Shown here: one piece after another, positions 60,856 through 64,000 of the stretch
How the letters are laid out: each line of letters starts with the position of its first letter
Position numbering within the stretch: the stretch's first letter is position 1
NCBI GenBank assembly: GCA_022813865.1
Contig: JALDZX010000011.1
Span: 1-64,000 of the forward strand
Direction: 5' to 3'
Origin: Xylographa opegraphella
Taxonomy: Eukaryota
Length of the DNA stretch: 64,000 bases
Program-made: the position numbers and the translations under genes
The notes under the pieces: generated by a model
What the model saw: the letters and a program-made list of their open reading frames with translations, nothing else
What the model was told of the DNA's origin: nothing
Database searches by the model: none

Positions 60856-63800
60856 CTAAAAACTAACCCACCCCTCGTCCTCCTCCCACCTCCCCACACC
60901 CACGCCCTCCATCCTCTTCACCGCCATCCCCTCGCCCTCCCCGCGCTCCACCCACTCCTCGTCATTGACGTCGCGCCAGATGCCCTGCAGGTACTGCCTG
61001 AGCGTGCGGAGGCCTCGCAAGTAACCGCGATCGACGCCGGCGGGGTCGTGCGGTGGACAAGGCGTGCCGGGCGGGAGGGGGTCCTCGGCGGTGACGCAGT
61101 TCGCGAAGTCGACGAGCTTGATGGTGATGTTTGATTTCGGGAGGGACGTGCGGTCGTGACGGACTGCCGAGGAGGATGACTCCGGGGCAGGGTTGGAAGG
61201 CGGCGCAGTTGCGGGGTCCGAGATCGGGCCGCCGCGGTCCTCCACCGCCGGGGCGGGCGCGCCGTCGTAGAGGAGCAGTAGACTGCTCGCGTAGAAGCGG
61301 TATCCGGGCAGCTTGGAGATGATCTTCTCGAGCTTGACGATGCGCTCGAGCAGGACGGGGATGTGGCGTGCGACGCTGGCGTAGCTGACGCCGTCGTACA
61401 GGAAGCGCGTGAGGGCGTCCTTGAAGGCGCGGCCCTCTTTGATGTCGCGCCCGGCGTACTTGTCTTCGAACAGGTAGGCTTGCTTGCGCGCGTTCCACAC
61501 TTGCATGCCGCACAGCCTGACGCCAAGGCGCTGCGAGGTCGTGGTCTTGCATTTCTGCTGCTGGGAGAGGACTTTTTTCTTTGAGGCTTCGATGCCGTAT
61601 TGACGGGTGCCCATTTTGAGGTCGAGAACGCAAGGGTTGAGCATGGAGGCCGTGAGGTCTTCCAGGAGAAGGAAGTGGCGGACGCGTTCGGTGGATTGAA
61701 GTTGAGCTTGTAGAGGATTGCTGGGTATTTGGGGGGGTGGATTAGACCCAGCAAAGGGTACGGCCTTTTCCGGTTGAGTCGCATGTTCGGGAACGTTTGG
61801 TAGAGAAGAGGAACTCTTATCTTGTTCATCTTGATTATCATGACTGACACTGCCGCTTTCACTAAGCGCCTCAAGTGGCCGAAGCGATGTTTCCGCAATG
61901 TCCATGGGAAAAATATCATCCTCCTTGTCACCCGCGTAGTCTTCATCATCATAATACTCGAAGGGGGTCCGTTGTGCAACATTTAGATCGATCTGCTTTC
62001 TCCGTAATCCGCTGGCCGAGCGTCGCCTCCGAACTTGCCTCACATCGGACGACGAAGACTTCGTTGATTCCGAGCCTGTGGTGTAGACCTTTTCCAACTT
62101 TGACAACGATGGCTCAGCAGAATGCTCATCCGGTGCTGAGCTACCAGTTAGGGGCATAGGTTCGATAGCTAGGTTGCGATTCTCCAATTTCCCTGCAGTA
62201 TTGGCCTGCCTATCATCTGCATGGCCATCGCTTTCTTCATGATCATCACCGTTCATATTTCCATTAGCAGTACTCATGTGAGGCTTCTTGAAAAGCGTCA
62301 AAGGTCTTCTGCTGTGCAGACTTCTTCCAGAACGGCGGCTATGATGGTGTATAGAAGGTTGACTAAACACTTCGCGTAGAACTTGCTCTTTGAGCTCCGT
62401 GTTCACAGTTGTGGCGCCCCAGCTAGGATGGTGCTGGTGCTGTAATGATGGCCTTCTTAAGGATTCCAAGGGGTCTACTGAGCTTCCTGATTTATGTGAG
62501 GTAATGCTCGAAGAAAGACCTGGTGGCTTATCCTCGGGCTTGTTGGAATTAGCACTTGATCGGTCCTCGGTCCGATTATCACTCTGGATCGTACGAAAGA
62601 GATTGTTGGGGATAATGTGGAGATTGTTCGCATACAAAACCTCTGGTATTTCATCGTTTGGTTCTTTTTGCTGTGAATGACTTATTATGCGTTGTCCATT
62701 TGGAGAACCAAGGCGGTTTGTGTCTTCGATGGTTGCTGCTATAGTTCGATCCTCATCGCTGCGAACCTTGGAAGATTGTATAGCTGTCTGACTACCCTCT
62801 ACTACTGCGTCTTTCTTCTTCTTCTTGATACGTGGTTCTTTGCGGTAAGTGACATTGAGCACACCAAGATATCTACACAATGATTGTAACGATTTTGTCA
62901 GCATATTACAACCTCTGAACGATGCATAGGACGTGGCGGATAGAGTTTTACACTTCTCGACTCCAACATCAAAATTCAAGGATCAGGAAAGCGGCGTACC
63001 TAGGTAAGTACTTGAGAAGCTCTGGATGCCGGTGTTCAATAACTTCATAGAATTCGTTCTCCCTGTTGTTAAGCTGCTTGCATATGGCTTGCTTCGAAAA
63101 GCTATATACATTCGTGTGCCCGCCAACTTGATGCTTGTACGGTTTCAATTGAACCGCTTTGAGCGGTGCTTGGCGTGAACCCGAACGCAAAAAGTGGGTA
63201 TGTATATTAGGAGTCGCCGTTGGCGTCTGATCACCGCCATCCGTCGCACCGGAGTCTTTGTCTGAAATACCAGATTCGTCCCATGAATCATATTCTGCTT
63301 CAGATGATGACGAGGTTGTGCTGCTTGGGCCCGGAGCTAAACGTGCCCCAGATAAAGACCTACCTTTCATGGGTTTATCATGAAGCTGATTATTATCAGC
63401 TTTATGCTGTAAAGCTTCCGGATAATCTTTGACAACGGGCTTGTCTTCATCATCAGCAAGTTCCAAGGAGCTGGCCTCGGACGACTTGGTCGCATCGTCT
63501 GATGACTCAAATGGACTGCTATGCTCAGCATCTGTATCTTCTAGGATATCAAGAGATGGTGCATGATGGGGATAATATGTTGCTGAGGAAATTTGTTCTT
63601 TATCTGATTCATATTCGTCCTCGTCGCCAATGTTGTCATTCTTAGATTGAGATATTTGTCCTTGAAGAACGAGGACGTTAGAGTCCAAGAGTTCTTGATC
63701 AGTGGCCTGTAGGACCTGTGCGTTTGCGTGGGCATCTTCTCGAGCCGTAGCTTCACTAAAGGGGATGTTGCCAGCTTTCGAACCATGAGGAAGATGCTTT

Positions 63801-64000
63801 TGGCTTCTGATCTCTTCAAGCAAACGAAGTGGAAGCACTCCTTGTGACGGAGCACCAGAAACCCATTCAATACTATCAGCTGGTCCAGTAGACTTAGCCA
63901 CGGACTCTGGATCTTCTCGCTGGCTTTGATTTGATATGTTTGATAGCGGTCTGGGGGAGGTTCTGTGATCTGATGGCTCCCGTGCTTGCCTCAATCTGGT
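60856..64000 (-). CDS. KCS1: Inositol hexakisphosphate kinase Kcs1 (5'-partial; intron approximately 62998-62868)
   Basis: LKPYKHQVGGH; ICKQLNNRENEFYE; YLGVLNV; WGATTVN; FLLLEDLT..M..PCVLDLKMGTRQYG; YRFYASSLLLLYDG; IKLVDFANCVT; DRGYLRGLRTL. Confidence 0.93.

Noticed and set aside
60918..61982. Long alternative-frame ORFs overlapping KCS1 (354 aa and 223 aa)
   Set aside because: Expected shadow ORFs in very GC-rich coding DNA, with no domain signal.

Overview
Eukaryotic DNA from a filamentous ascomycete (Pezizomycotina): short spliceosomal introns with CTAAC/CTGAC-like branch points, plus extremely AT-rich, RIP-type degenerated transposons. 1-14.4 kb is a nested TE field. It holds an apparently un-RIPped Ty1/copia 5' end next to a RIP-destroyed Ty3/gypsy chromovirus, a two-gene island (ATP4 and a questin-oxidase/HypA-like gene), and a RIP-destroyed Tad1-like LINE carrying a solo LTR. 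15-20 kb is an accessory block of two convergent pseudogenes riddled with transition-type stops (a chromo-like protein and a PD-(D/E)XK-like nuclease). 22-64 kb is mostly core genes: RCC1-like, a secreted/GPI-like protein, NRC-2/FPK1-type kinase, DUF866, PPR protein, TRM2, SmF, RTP1, a PTH11-like receptor, an AT-hook protein and KCS1 (partial). The most novel observation is at 48.9-52.2 kb and is not visible as whole genes in the ORF track. Two tandem paralogous spliced genes share a ~75-aa divergent RRM-like domain with identical intron positions. One is fused to GLFG/FG-type repeats and a Cys/His cluster; the other is fused to a bromodomain broken by one in-frame TAA. All family assignments are from motif recognition by eye, with no database searches. 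TE boundaries and some exon ends are approximate.
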